A DNA stretch of 64,000 bases, taken from the NCBI GenBank assembly GCA_002811645.1, contig PDIP01000087.1:75678-139677 (forward strand). Direction: 5' to 3'. This document shows, piece by piece, positions 10,638-22,044 of this stretch. The notes below the pieces were generated by a model, which saw nothing but the letters and a program-made list of their open reading frames with translations, searched no databases and was not told the origin of the DNA. Within the stretch, counting starts at the first letter, position 1, and each line of letters starts with the position of its first letter. Source of the DNA: Corallochytrium limacisporum Hawaii (lineage: Eukaryota > Protista > Pluriformea). The position numbers and the translations under genes are program-made.

Positions 10638-12968
10638 ATGTTAATAGGACGAGCGAGTACCAGGACGGGCCTGGCGCCACTGGCACACCGTGCCATGACG
10701 AATCGGCCGTTTCGGCCTACATGTACTCACTACTTTTCCACCTCACACAAAAAGAGACATGAACCCAACTTACCACTTAGCAATGACACCATATCCCACA
10801 TTCGTAACATTGGCATCATGGCACACATTGACGCAGGCAAGACGACGTTGACGGAGCGTTTGCTGTTTTACTCGGGTACAGTTGACAATGTTGGAGAAGT
10901 ACACGATGGTAACACCATCACCGATTACATGGAACAGGAACGGGAACGGGGCATTACTATTACCTCTGCTGCCGTATCCTTTCCCTGGAGAGACTCACGG
11001 ATCAACTTGATCGACACTCCAGGCCATGTTGATTTTACATTCGAGGTTGAGAGAAGCCTGCGCGTCCTGGATGGTGCGGTGGCCGTCTATGATGGTGTCG
11101 CCGGTGTTGAGGCCCAGAGCCATACTGTTTGGAGGCAGGCCAATCGCTACAGACTGCCACGCCTGGTCTTCGTGAACAAAATGGACCGTGTCGGTGCAGA
11201 TTTTGGCAAATGTGTCCGAGAGATTCGGGAGAAATTGCAAGGTAATCCATTAGTTTGCACGTACCCACTGAATGAAGGTGATCATTTCAAGGAGATTATG
11301 GATGTAGTAAACCTGCAGAAGCTGACATATACGAATGACGGCGATGGCAAGGAGTTTGCAGTCACAAACTTTGCAACTCTAGGACGAAGCGACCCAAAGC
11401 TTGCAGAGGGGCTTTTGGTGCGCCGTGAGGAATTATGTGAGGCATTAGCAGACGCTGACTCAGCTTTTGCTGAGACTTGGCTGGATGTTGACGGCAGTCC
11501 ATTGATGATCGACACCGAGGTAATCAAAGAGTCACTACGCAAGACCACTCGTCTCGGGCGTGTGCAACCAACCTTTGCCGGCAGCGCGTACAAGAACAAA
11601 GGAGTGCAGCCCCTGCTGGATGCTGTGGTAGATTTTCTGCCACCGCCCCACTTCTCAATTGACCACAGCAGTGTTAGGGGAGGCAAGAATGCTGGAAAGC
11701 ACGTTCCTGTGGCACAGCAGCCATTGCATGCTTACGTCTTCAAGCTTATTCACAGTCCACAACGAGGCCCCTTGGCCTTCATCCGCATCTATTCGGGAAC
11801 TATTAAGGCAGGTATGCAGCTGTGGAATGTGAATCATCGTTTGGAGGATCGTGTCATCAATCTGTTGGAACCGTTCGCGGATGAACTGCGCCTGATCAAG
11901 AGCAGCACTGCCGGTCATATTGTGGTCGGAGTTGGCATCAAGGGTGCCAATACGGGAGACACTCTGGTAGATGCAAATGCAGCCAAGGGAAGCGCCGTCG
12001 AGGAACTGCCCGTGGTGCGTCCGCCGCCTCCCGTTTTCATTTGCACCATCGAACCGGAACGCAGCAGCGATGTTGAAGACCTGAAAGAGGCATTGATCAA
12101 GCTTCAGCGAGAGGATCCATCTTTCCACGTCGATTTCGAGGCGTCTGGTGCTATTGAGTTGAAAGGAATGGGTGAGCTACATCTCGAGATCCTTAGGGAC
12201 CGCATCGAACGCGAGTATAACATTCAGACAGAACTGGGAAGCATTGAAGTGAGCTACAAGGAGCGACCCCTCACAAACGCAAACGTGAGCTTTGAATTAG
12301 ATCGTCTCATTGGTGGCCGGCAGTGTCGGGGCGCCATCGAGCTTACTATCAAGCGGCGGGAGGTGGGTGATGAACTCGGGGCCAATGAAGAGGAAGACTC
12401 ACCAAAGAAGAAAGCACTGGCGCCTGTTGTTCTCGACTTGGACACCAAACCACTGATGAAGCGAGGTCTCAGCATGAGTGAGACCGTGCGTTTGTTGAAC
12501 GAAGGCTTTGAAAATGCGTGTCTCTCTGGACCAGATATGGGCTTCCCAATCGTTGATACCTCCGTACATGTCAAGGGACTGGAGCTGCACCGGGACAGCC
12601 CACCCGCAACAGTAACATATCTTGCGCGTGATGCAATCACCGAGGCCATTCGGAGAGCCGGTAGTGAGACGCTGGAGCCTGTGATGTCTCTGGAAATGAG
12701 CATGGACCCAACCTACCTCGGAGACGTCCTCACGGATCTGACCAGCCAGCGTGAAGGCGAGGTCAAGGAGATGCAGGAAGGTACGGGACAAATGCGGCAA
12801 CTCAGGGCACTAGTTCCTCTTAAGAATATGATTGGGTACTCCACGGTATTTAGAGCCCTGAGTAAGGGCCACGGATCCTACACTATGGAATTCCATTCGT
12901 ACCGCCAGCTCTCACAGGCCCAAAAGGAAGCACTTCGCACCGAATACGGAGGCCTGGGTACCTTTTGA
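10638..12968 (+). CDS. GFM2: Mitochondrial elongation factor G2 / ribosome-releasing factor 2
   Basis: Arg-rich presequence; IRNIGIMAHIDAGKTT, QERERGITITSAA, DTPGHVDFTFEVERSLRVLDG, NKMD, GSAYKNKGVQPLLDA and REDPS...GMGELHLEI; the divergent domain IV is typical of EF-G2mt. Confidence 0.88.
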   Translation: MLIGRASTRTGLAPLAHRAMTNRPFRPTCTHYFSTSHKKRHEPNLPLSNDTISHIRNIGIMAHIDAGKTTLTERLLFYSGTVDNVGEVHDGNTITDYMEQERERGITITSAAVSFPWRDSRINLIDTPGHVDFTFEVERSLRVLDGAVAVYDGVAGVEAQSHTVWRQANRYRLPRLVFVNKMDRVGADFGKCVREIREKLQGNPLVCTYPLNEGDHFKEIMDVVNLQKLTYTNDGDGKEFAVTNFATLGRSDPKLAEGLLVRREELCEALADADSAFAETWLDVDGSPLMIDTEVIKESLRKTTRLGRVQPTFAGSAYKNKGVQPLLDAVVDFLPPPHFSIDHSSVRGGKNAGKHVPVAQQPLHAYVFKLIHSPQRGPLAFIRIYSGTIKAGMQLWNVNHRLEDRVINLLEPFADELRLIKSSTAGHIVVGVGIKGANTGDTLVDANAAKGSAVEELPVVRPPPPVFICTIEPERSSDVEDLKEALIKLQREDPSFHVDFEASGAIELKGMGELHLEILRDRIEREYNIQTELGSIEVSYKERPLTNANVSFELDRLIGGRQCRGAIELTIKRREVGDELGANEEEDSPKKKALAPVVLDLDTKPLMKRGLSMSETVRLLNEGFENACLSGPDMGFPIVDTSVHVKGLELHRDSPPATVTYLARDAITEAIRRAGSETLEPVMSLEMSMDPTYLGDVLTDLTSQREGEVKEMQEGTGQMRQLRALVPLKNMIGYSTVFRALSKGHGSYTMEFHSYRQLSQAQKEALRTEYGGLGTF

Positions 12969-13171
12969 GTATAGAGAGACACAAAAGAGACCCGACAGCT
13001 GGGAACATATGGTAGGGCGGATGTAGACTTATATAGCAATACACTTACGATAGCGATGAAGATGACGACGACCACGACAATAATGGTGATGATGATTTCT
13101 GACTTTGCCATTGGATAGAACGATGAATTTGGCTCGAAGGAGCCAGACCTTGCTGTCTTTCTCTGCCTCGT

Positions 13172-13864
13172 TCACGGGATCTTGTCTATTTGTTCCTTCA
13201 CATACAAGGCATTCAATGACGTACAGAGCTTCGCTGTCACATCCGCCAATTGATCCATTAGAGTCCTCATCTCTTCTTCTGGGAGGTTTACATGCTTTAC
13301 AATGGTCCCGCGGTACGGTAGTGCGTGCATTGCCACACCAACCGCCTTACGTGTCAGCCATGGGTGGTGTTTGCTCAGAGTGTCACCGTAAGACTTCTGT
13401 GCTGGATGCACAAGACTCTCCTGGTCGTGGTCCGCGATGCCTCGGACGAACGCGGAGATGAATTCCAGTGCACGGACCAGTCGCAGGAAATTACGGCTTG
13501 CCCGGGGTCCGTTGCTGCCTTTGAAATCTAGCTGCCCAGTCTTGCGGTCATAGTCTATCATGTCCTGTACTGAGAGATCCTCGGCACTCGGCATACTGTC
13601 ATTCTGACCCATGTGCTCATAGACCGAATTCAGCTTCGAGTGAATGTCCGAGGTCACAAAACTGAATCCTGTGCCACATAGTTTGAAGAAGAGGGATACC
13701 TGTTCGTATGATCTGCAATACACCACAAGATTGACCTTGGAGCAGTCAATTTCGCCCTCTGTGAGTGAGTCCTCGTAGCAGCTAACAAACCTTTCGCAAG
13801 TGGTCTTTAGATCAAAATTCCCCGTGCGTAGGGCTTTCAGCTCGGACACTAATGCGTCTGTCAT
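13172..13864 (-). CDS. GLTP-fold lipid transfer protein, ceramide-1-phosphate transfer protein (CPTP/ACD11) type
   Basis: LCGTGFSFVTSDIHSKL, SRNFLRLVRALEF (R..LRL.RAL phosphate-binding helix of the CPTP/ACD11 branch) and L..HHPW..RKAV..AM..LP. Confidence 0.82.
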   Translation of the reverse strand: MTDALVSELKALRTGNFDLKTTCERFVSCYEDSLTEGEIDCSKVNLVVYCRSYEQVSLFFKLCGTGFSFVTSDIHSKLNSVYEHMGQNDSMPSAEDLSVQDMIDYDRKTGQLDFKGSNGPRASRNFLRLVRALEFISAFVRGIADHDQESLVHPAQKSYGDTLSKHHPWLTRKAVGVAMHALPYRGTIVKHVNLPEEEMRTLMDQLADVTAKLCTSLNALYVKEQIDKIP

Positions 13865-14953
13865 GTTTCTCTATGTATGTTCTGGTGTGTCCGTGCATCG
13901 ATTCATTCTGGGACTTTCATTTTGGACGATGTGTCCAATAGGTACCCTCAACCAGCCTCACTTGTACCCTTCCCCCCGGCCCTCTCTCGGGGCTGATGAA
14001 AGAGGGGCGGGCTTGGCAGGGCTAAAGAGGCAAAACAGTTGGGGCTGAGGCCGTCTGGACTGCATCTGATGCCTTTTTGTAGTTTGCACTAGGCCTGTAA
14101 CTCATATTCAAATTGCTAACCAAGCCAAAAACAATTCAAGGCGTATTTATTACGACGGGTGCCAGATGAATTAATTATGCCTTGCGTGTCGATTTCGTGT
14201 GTGTATGAACAATTTACTACAGGTGCACTGAATAATTTCAGAGCTTCAGAATGCCCTGTGAATGCTTTCAGAATATGAATGTCTCAAGGAAATCTGTTAC
14301 TGTTGTGATCCATAGAATCTTGTGCCGCAAAGCACTAAGAATCGGGCGATTAAGCTCCAGAATGCTGGTGCCAATATGCCTTGTTGGTCTTCGAAAATTC
14401 AATACCAGATTTCTCCGCATCAAACAATTCAATTCGTATTGCTGCAATCCCTAGCTATTGTATTCGTAATTGAATGATATTAGGAGTGGTTGTATGTGAT
14501 CTCATTCAATTCTTAAAAACAAAGTGGAGAAAGAAACAAGCAATGAGAACTGAGAAATATAGGATAATGTGTCTCTGCATTGCCAATGGGAAGAAATCGT
14601 AGTAAGCAGTTCGTCGAACGCGGGTTAATTTTTGAAGTTCAAAGAATCAAGACCCGTAGCCACGGGAAAGGATATCAATAGCAAAAGAGCTTACTGAATT
14701 TGCCTGTCTCCTCCTTCACGTCGAAAAACAAAAAAAAAAATTGAGGGATATCAAATAGATTATCGTTTCTTTGTAGTGACATCTCTAGTTCTTGCAGCCC
14801 TCGTGATGGTAACAAAGAGATTACTAAATCCGCATACCAAGAGAAGGGTCCCTTTTTTTCCCGCGCCGGTTCCAGGTAGGAGGTCCTTCTCCGGTACTGC
14901 GCAGTCGCCCGGAGTGGCTGAAACGGCGGGGTGGGCACGAGTGGGTGGGCAGG

Positions 14954-14962
14954 TATATAAAA
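14954..14962 (+). promoter_or_regulatory. TATA box of the nitrile hydratase gene
   Basis: TATATAAAA starting 93 nt upstream of the ATG at 15047. Confidence 0.5.
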
Positions 14963-15046
14963 CACTGGGTGTCACAGGGAAGCACCAACATGTGCGTCTC
15001 CTCATGTCTTGACTATTGTAGCACACAACAGTCGTCACAAAGCATA

Positions 15047-16561
15047 ATGGTAACAACCACCCGGATCGGCGTGCTAGGCCAGCACGATGTTGGTGGAAAT
15101 GTTAAGAAACTTGAAGATCCGCAGGGTGAGGAAGAGGATCTAAAGGAACTTATTGAATTTGCTGCCAGTCATGAGTACTCCGACTGGGAGAAACGCATGC
15201 ATGCCCTCGTTGTATGCCTTGGTTTGAAAAAGATCATGAATTGGAGTCAATTTCGCCGCACTATTGAAGGTCTTCATCCCGATGTCTACAACCGGGTCAC
15301 GTATTACGAGAAATGGGCTGCAGCGGCATCCAATATTCTCACAGAGCGGGGACTGCTCACTCAAGAAGAGATCAACGAAAGTCTTGGACCACTATCCGAG
15401 GTAGCGGCGGTAGCAACAGGCGAGAAACCGCAGTTTGAAGTCGGGGATAAGGTCGTGGTCCGCAGGGAAGACTTCCGCACCCGCTGGCGTCGGCCCCATG
15501 CGCGCACCCCGGGATATATCTTTGGCTGTTCCGGCGTGATTGAGCGGTACTGCGGTGCCTTCAATGATCCCCAGGCGGAGTGGTTTGGAGTTAAGGGTGC
15601 GATGCCTTGCTACCGCGTCCGTTTTTCCATGAAAGACATTTGGACCCCACCAGGCGTGCAGACGGATACGAATGAGAACGACACTATTGATGTGGAAATC
15701 TTTCAGAATTGGCTCATCCCTGCCGCCAAAGCAGGATCCGAGAAGGCTATAGACAGCGTGCAAATGAAACCTGAGGATAGCACTGAGTTTGTGACGGAAG
15801 GGACTCATACCCACGGACACAAGGACCACGGAGACCACGTACATGAGGCCCGGGCGCAGGTGGAGACCACTGCGCTCGACCGTGAGACTGGGCACGGCAA
15901 GGCTATGGATCGTCCCTTGGCTCTGTTGGCCCAGCGCCTACTAACCCTTTGCGATCAGCATGGTATTGTCACTGCGGCAGATATTGCAGAAGCATTGGAA
16001 AATGTGAGCAATGCCGGAGAGAAGACCAACAGTCGCCTGTTAGTGGTCAGGGCCTGGACCGATCCCGAATTTAAGGCTTTGCTGTTGAGGGATCCACTGC
16101 AGGCGTGCAAGGACCTCAAGCTCGTCAAGCCGGACTTCGACCCGCACACCAGATTGACCTGTCTAGAGAGCACGAACGATGTGCACAACGTCGTCGTGTG
16201 TACTCTGTGTTCATGCTACCCGGTTTGGCTGTTGGGTATGTCTCCGTCGTGGTACAAGAGCCGGTCCTATCGAGCGCGCATTGTGCTGGAACCGCGCCGT
16301 GTGCTACGTGAACTGTTTGGAGTGACCATCCCTGCGGAAAAGAAGGTCAGGGTACACGATTCCACTGCTGAATTGCGGTACTTTGTGCTGCCACAGCGAC
16401 CCGTAGGAACCGACGGTTGGACTGAGGAAGAGCTACTTAAAGTGGTCACCCGGGACAGTATGATAGGCACTGGGGTGTGCAGGGACCCAGCTACAATCTC
16501 AACTGCGGAGAACGACAAGGTAGGTGACCCTGCGTCCAAGAAGCAGAAGACTGACGGGTGA
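15047..16561 (+). CDS. Fused beta-alpha cobalt-type nitrile hydratase
   Basis: Beta part: HDVGG, WEKR, RRTIE, YYEKW, FEVGDKV, HARTPGY. His-rich linker THTHGHKDHGDHVHEAR. Alpha part: VVRAWTDPEFKALLL, metal site VCTLCSCYP (Thr/Tyr = Co type), WYKSRSYRAR, VHDSTAELRYFVLPQRP. Likely start is ATG 15047, not the ORF-track start at 14945. Confidence 0.95.
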   Translation: MVTTTRIGVLGQHDVGGNVKKLEDPQGEEEDLKELIEFAASHEYSDWEKRMHALVVCLGLKKIMNWSQFRRTIEGLHPDVYNRVTYYEKWAAAASNILTERGLLTQEEINESLGPLSEVAAVATGEKPQFEVGDKVVVRREDFRTRWRRPHARTPGYIFGCSGVIERYCGAFNDPQAEWFGVKGAMPCYRVRFSMKDIWTPPGVQTDTNENDTIDVEIFQNWLIPAAKAGSEKAIDSVQMKPEDSTEFVTEGTHTHGHKDHGDHVHEARAQVETTALDRETGHGKAMDRPLALLAQRLLTLCDQHGIVTAADIAEALENVSNAGEKTNSRLLVVRAWTDPEFKALLLRDPLQACKDLKLVKPDFDPHTRLTCLESTNDVHNVVVCTLCSCYPVWLLGMSPSWYKSRSYRARIVLEPRRVLRELFGVTIPAEKKVRVHDSTAELRYFVLPQRPVGTDGWTEEELLKVVTRDSMIGTGVCRDPATISTAENDKVGDPASKKQKTDG

Positions 16562-16803
16562 AGGGCCGAATTCGACGAGCAAAGCCCTTGCTCTGGAGAT
16601 TATAGATCGTCTGGTTTGCCAGTTCGTATTGATTTCGTGTTGTTTGTATTTAGTCAAAAAGATGGTATGCTGTGGGGAAAACATGTCTGTGTGTGTTTTG
16701 GAGTAAGACAGATCGAGGCTGCTTGCGGAAATCTATGCTGAAACGAGAAAAGATGGTTAAAAAAGCTAGAAAAAACTATCACAAGATATCAAGACACCAC
16801 CGC

Positions 16804-17897
16804 CTATTTCTTGTCCTTCTTGGACTTTTTCTCCTTCTTGTCCTTCTTGCTCTTCTTGGCCTTCTTCTCATCGCCGTCGTCGTCATCGTCTCGGCTGCGC
16901 TTCTTGTCCTTTTTGTCCTTCTTGGATTTCTTGCTCTTCTTTTCGCCTTCATCCGAGCCCTCATCGCCGTTCTTCATGATGACATCACCGTCGGCACTGA
17001 AAGATTTAACCTTAGCTGGTGTCTCGTACTTCTCTGCCCGAGCGACCTCTTTGCCCTGACCACTCAGACGCTTAATCTGCCGTCCTTCCAGTTCAGCCAG
17101 ACGGGCTTCGACCTTGGCCTTGTTTTCAATACCAATGTCAGTATCAGTCTTCTCACCCAGGGCATCCACGCGGGCAGAAAGAGCGGTCTTGGCGGCAAGC
17201 ACACGGCTGACCTTGCCCTTGTTCTTGGGTGCACTCTGACCCACCAAACTGGCGTGGTAGATAAGACCGTACTTGGGGGTCTCGTGCTTTGTCTTTAGAG
17301 CACGGAAAAGGGCCTTCTCAGCACCCAAAATCTGGATGGTAGAGGCCGGCTGCTTGGCAAGGTTCAGCAGTGAACCCGCGTGGGCAATCAGGCGCGCGCC
17401 GACCAGTTCTCCGACCATGATGGTCAGGTTGGGTGCAATGGCATTCATACGATTACGCAGGTAGTCGTACAGCTGGGCACGGTATTCGGTGAGATCAATA
17501 ACCTGGTCACAGAGATAATGAATGTTCTCCAGATCCTCTTCAGAGATTTCAGATCCCATGGACGTTACTGCAGCCTCGATCACAGCATCTACGAGCTCTT
17601 CAGGCAGAATATCTGCCAGGTCGGTTGTGGCAGCGTTGGAGCACATGCCCATTTTCTTCACGGTGCGTGCAAACATGAGATTATCCGTCACAATCTTGCC
17701 CAGCTCAGGGAAATGCCATCCATACCATTCCCGTACCCGCATTGCATAGGTGTTGAGTTCCTTGTCGATGTCGTCAAGGAGACCAATAGCCTGAACAATC
17801 ATAGTATCGACTTTGTCGGGGGAGAATTTGAGCTTATAGCGGCTAAGACTATGGGACAGACCGAGGGACATAGCCTTCAACTCATCATGACCAAGTC
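16804..17897 (-). CDS. NOP58: Nucleolar protein 58, exon 2
   Basis: [78 protein letters not shown] and a KKD/E tail. Joined to exon 1 it gives a 1476-nt, 491-aa frame (ITG|LGHDELKAM). Confidence 0.95.
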
Positions 17898-18346
17898 CTG
17901 TACAATAGAAAGCGTAGTAACGAAACGAAAATCTGATGTTAGTGAATGTTCGAAGGAAGAGAGTTTTTGGTTTTTGATCTGTCGTCTGGAACGCACAGAA
18001 AAGGGACAGGAACAGAAACTGAGAGAAAAAGAATGGTGCAGGTGGCGTTAAACTCTTTCAACAGAAACTCGAATGGTCCATTGCATGTCAAGGTTTGATA
18101 ATAATTGTCTCAGAGGTAGTGACAAAGAAATATCCTCGATCCACATTACTCGAAAAGAGTTAAGGACAAATGAAGAGGAAAACTTGTTTCCATCACTGAC
18201 GACACCTGACACACTATTTCCCATCCATGTCGCTCGGAATGTTCATAGCTCACCCAGCCACTTCTTATTCTAAATCCAGTACTGTTTCCCGCCTCCTGTT
18301 TTGTGGCTGCAAATAAACAAATCAACAACTAAATCTAGATACTTAC
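17898..18346 (-). other. Spliceosomal intron of NOP58 (449 nt, phase 1)
   Basis: Donor G|GTAAGT at 18346, branch-point-like CACTAAC at 17944-17938, acceptor TTCTATTGTACAG| at 17898; removal restores a continuous NOP58 frame. Confidence 0.93.
18107..18200 (-). ncRNA. SNORD70: Intronic box C/D snoRNA, SNORD70-like (guide for the 18S Am512-equivalent)
   Basis: GTC-A-GTGATGG (box C, 18196-18190) ... TTGTCACTACCT-CTGA (box D, 18113-18110)-GAC with a terminal GTC/GAC stem; the 12-nt guide is complementary to conserved 18S AGGUAGUGACAA. Confidence 0.85.
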
Positions 18347-18728
18347 CAGTGATTAGAGATTCCAACTGCATGCGGATGCAACGGATCAGCTCCAGGCTGG
18401 CTGCATCTGCCTGGCACTTCACTTTGAACTTATCCCGAATTGCGCTTCCCAGCTTGGAATCAGCCAACGCAAGAGTGTCCTTTGAATCTGTGTTTGCCTT
18501 CAAGAATTTTTTCAGTGTCTTGTCAATCTTACCCTCCGTAAGAGCGGTGGCAGATGCCAGGGCTTCCATGGTATCCTCATATTTCTGGAAAGCCTTCAGC
18601 TTCACAACCTTAGCGGCAGAGCTGGCATCATCAAAGTATTTGTAAATGTTGTCAGCATCCTTGACCTTACCGGTGTCCGAGACCTTGAACAGGGCCAAGC
18701 CTGCAGGGGTTTCGAACAGCACAAGCAT
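18347..18728 (-). CDS. NOP58: Nucleolar protein 58, exon 1
   Basis: MLVLFETPAGLALFK, VKLKAFQKYEDT.EALASATALTEGKI, LALADSKLG and ELIRCIR.QL.SLI. Confidence 0.95.
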
Positions 18729-20185
18729 TTTATTCCCGGTACTTTACACCCGAAGTACTTATACCTTGTTGCCAATGATCAGATACGAATACACGCCTTC
18801 GTGGAAATAGTTAGCTTTGTGAAGTACCTTAAATCAGTGCAACATGATTCAACCGGAACATGGTACTGTGCGCCTGTCTATAGCGGCTTGTTTGACCTGA
18901 CCCGCAAATACGGAGGACGTCTTGATTGATTCCCATTCCTTAACACGCAGCCTCTACTGTAAATCCAAAGACAAGACCGTGCGTGTGTGTGTTTGTGTGT
19001 GTGTGCGTGCGTGCGTGTGCGTGCGTGTGTGGCTCATTTGACCCGCTTTCCAAGCACTCCATGGCCGGCTTAGCTGGTCGCATTCCCGGCCCGCGATATC
19101 ATTGAAGCCACCGGTCCGCAATTCCACACCCCAAACCCCCCCCCCTACTGAAGTGCTCGACACTTTGCGTTTTCCTTCGAACCCATTGTGGACCGGGCCA
19201 TACTCCCTCCTCCGTGTGGACTTCACCTACACCGTTCCAGTATCCTCCCGCCCCCCCTTTCCTCCACCACGTGGTGTGTATGTGTGCCTGCAGCCAGTGG
19301 ACTATGGTTTAAGAACCGGCAGGTGGCCTGGAAACTACAGGTGGGTCACATTTCCCGGGATCTGAGCTTCGTTCCACACTCTACGGCGACTCGCGGAAAC
19401 AACCAGGCATGGTCGATCTTCAATCCGCTGGTGCATTCAAAGGCTACAGCTGGTGAGAGCTGTGTGGTCGTATGATGGTGGAATTCGCCTCCTGAATGGT
19501 GTTTAAACCTCTCTCCTTGCGCATAGAGGACTGCACGAGCCGAACTCAGCACCAGCTCCCGGGCACACTTTGGAGTACAACACCAACATGTCTTCATAAC
19601 AATAAAATATACGGATATTCTAAATTTACTATATGAAATTCATAACAGTAGTGTATTTTTGTATTTTTTACTCATATAATTGTTATATATATTTAAAATG
19701 ACCGTATGAATATGTTTCACAGACACCCCTCGCAACTCTCTTCTCACAGTTCCCAGGCCGTGCCCACTGTGTCCATCCAAGAGCTACTAGACCGAGACAA
19801 CATCTGAGCTGAAAGTACATACTCATATGCTCACTATAGAATCCCCGGGTCCGCTCACCCAATGGGCGTTTTCTGTGGTCGCCGACTCTGCTGGACAATG
19901 GAGACCCACTGCATATCTGCACGCACCTCCTTCGACAATTGCAAAGTTTGTTCCACTTCCAGGGTATTGAAAAATGATTGAAAATGAAACTGCTCTATGT
20001 CTACGTGGAGGCACCCGGCTGTTGAAATTGCGGGAAAGCGAAATCAAGGACTCCTCCCACAATGGTCCTGCGCTTGAAAACTTGTACTAATACTCATCTT
20101 ATTGACGCGAATACACAACAACCCCGCCCAGGTTCCTCCTCGATCTCTCTGCCCGTCTCCTTCCCCCCCCTCCCTTCCCTCCCCC

Positions 20186-20431
20186 NNNNNNNNNNNNNNN
20201 NNNNNNNNNNNNNNNNNNNNNNNNNNNNNNNNNNNNNNNNNNNNNNNNNNNNNNNNNNNNNNNNNNNNNNNNNNNNNNNNNNNNNNNNNNNNNNNNNNNN
20301 NNNNNNNNNNNNNNNNNNNNNNNNNNNNNNNNNNNNNNNNNNNNNNNNNNNNNNNNNNNNNNNNNNNNNNNNNNNNNNNNNNNNNNNNNNNNNNNNNNNN
20401 NNNNNNNNNNNNNNNNNNNNNNNNNNNNNNN
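20186..20431. other. Assembly gap
   Basis: N run between C-rich and G-rich tracts. Confidence 0.99.
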
Positions 20432-21345
20432 GGGGGCCCGGCGGGGGAGGGGGGGGGGAGCACCCGCACCAGACAAGGAAGGTGACACAAGACAAGACAG
20501 GAAAATCGCCCCGTGCTGGTGGTTCCCCCTTCTCAAGAGGTCCGGGGATATAAGTGAAGTGCCACTGAACGTTGTTGACGGCCGCAAGAGAGGTGCACAC
20601 CCGCGCAGACCAAAGTGCGTCCGCGGTTTGTTGGACCCCCCAAGTTTCTCTCGATTCTCTCACTTCTCGGTCGGTGGCCTTTGTATTTCTAAATTGTTTT
20701 CATTGCCTTCCGAGGAGCAAAGAAAATCCCCATATATTCACTATACCAGAAACTGCTTGAACGAATGAGGACTTTGGGCGAAGTGCGGTCGGGGAGGAAG
20801 GGGGCTTCAATTGAATCCCATCTTCTTCCCCCCCCCTCCGCTTCACTTCCCTTTCCTCCGCTGTCTGTACTGCACCTACGCTCCCGCGCAAGCTAACAAC
20901 CCCCCCCCCTCCTGCGCCGGGCCCGCCTTTTTGACAGCCAATCGCTTGGGACCGAACTGGCTCGTCATTTGACAAATTGGTTCGGCTCTCCTTCATTTAC
21001 GGTGTGGCGCTGATGCGGTGCGTTTGTCCTGGGACACCAGACTACGGGAGTGGTTGGCGATAGGTTGTCTTCAGATTCCATATCCCGGACCTGAAGGGGT
21101 TTGTGGAATGTATTTCAGCACATTAATGAGCCGTCTATCCAGAATGCAATGGGAAGGTCACGATACTTACATTACGCCACAGAACTGTAATCTATCAGTA
21201 CTCCTCGGTTCGTTTCGACGGCAAATAGCAAAGATCAGGGCGACAGTGAACGGAAAACCATTAACGTCTGGTGATATGATATAGGAACCCAGAACATTAG
21301 AAACTGAGAGTAGTGTGTACCTCATACAGAAACAAATCATATTCC

Positions 21346-22044
21346 ATGTCTTCCATGACATGGGCTAAGACTTCTGACATAGTTACAGGGGACCAGGCCG
21401 GCCGGGGGTCACCCGCAAAGCGATATACAGAGTCAGACCCGAAGCAGGATGGTACACCCAAGTTAGCTAAATTGGATCACAGCCAGCAAAATAGCGGGAA
21501 AATTGTGAACAGACTTCTGAAACCCATAGAACCCACGGGCAGCACCATGGAAGAGGACGGATTCGTCTTGGAAGGCCGAGACGATCGGGTGATCCTAGGT
21601 CGTCGCTGCGGAGGATTACTTCAGCGCAAGGCTGCAGATGGACAGAACTCTGATGAAGTCACTTCCTTTGACGCACTGCGGGTGCCTAGCATTACTGTTG
21701 TTGGGTATGTTGATCGTATCCTGCGCTATGCACCGTGCTCATCTGCGTGCTTTGTGTTTAGTTATATTTGGCTTCAACGACTAGAGCAGCGCTACAAAGC
21801 CCTTAGAATCAACAGTCTTAATGTACATCGTTTGCTCATTACCATGATCATGGTGGCAGCGAAATACTTTGACGATCGGTACTATAATAATGCATACTAT
21901 GCAAAGGTGGGAGGAATATCGAAGGAGGAAATAAATCATCTGGAACTGGAACTGCTGACCTTGATGAGATTTGATCTGTGGGTCAGCGTTGATGACTTCT
22001 CGAAGGCGAGCAATGAGCTTTTGGAGCAGCCGGATCCGGAATAA
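21346..22044 (+). CDS. PHO80/cyclin-U (P-type) family cyclin
   Basis: PSITVVGYVDRILRYAPCS, NVHRLLITMIMVAAKYFDDRYYNNAYYAKVGGISKEEINHLELELL; the first ATG is at 21346. Confidence 0.9.
   Translation: MSSMTWAKTSDIVTGDQAGRGSPAKRYTESDPKQDGTPKLAKLDHSQQNSGKIVNRLLKPIEPTGSTMEEDGFVLEGRDDRVILGRRCGGLLQRKAADGQNSDEVTSFDALRVPSITVVGYVDRILRYAPCSSACFVFSYIWLQRLEQRYKALRINSLNVHRLLITMIMVAAKYFDDRYYNNAYYAKVGGISKEEINHLELELLTLMRFDLWVSVDDFSKASNELLEQPDPE

Noticed and set aside
12878-13111. 77-aa minus-strand ORF with a TM-like Ile/Val run
   Set aside because: The hydrophobic run derives from ATC/GTC triplet low complexity in the shared 3'UTR space, and the ORF overlaps the end of GFM2
16672-17298. 208-aa very hydrophobic plus-strand ORF
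   Set aside because: It is the antisense shadow of the Lys/Asp-rich NOP58 tail
18270-18346. ORF-track C-terminus of the 152-aa NOP58 N-terminal ORF
   Set aside because: Read-through into the intron past the GTAAGT donor
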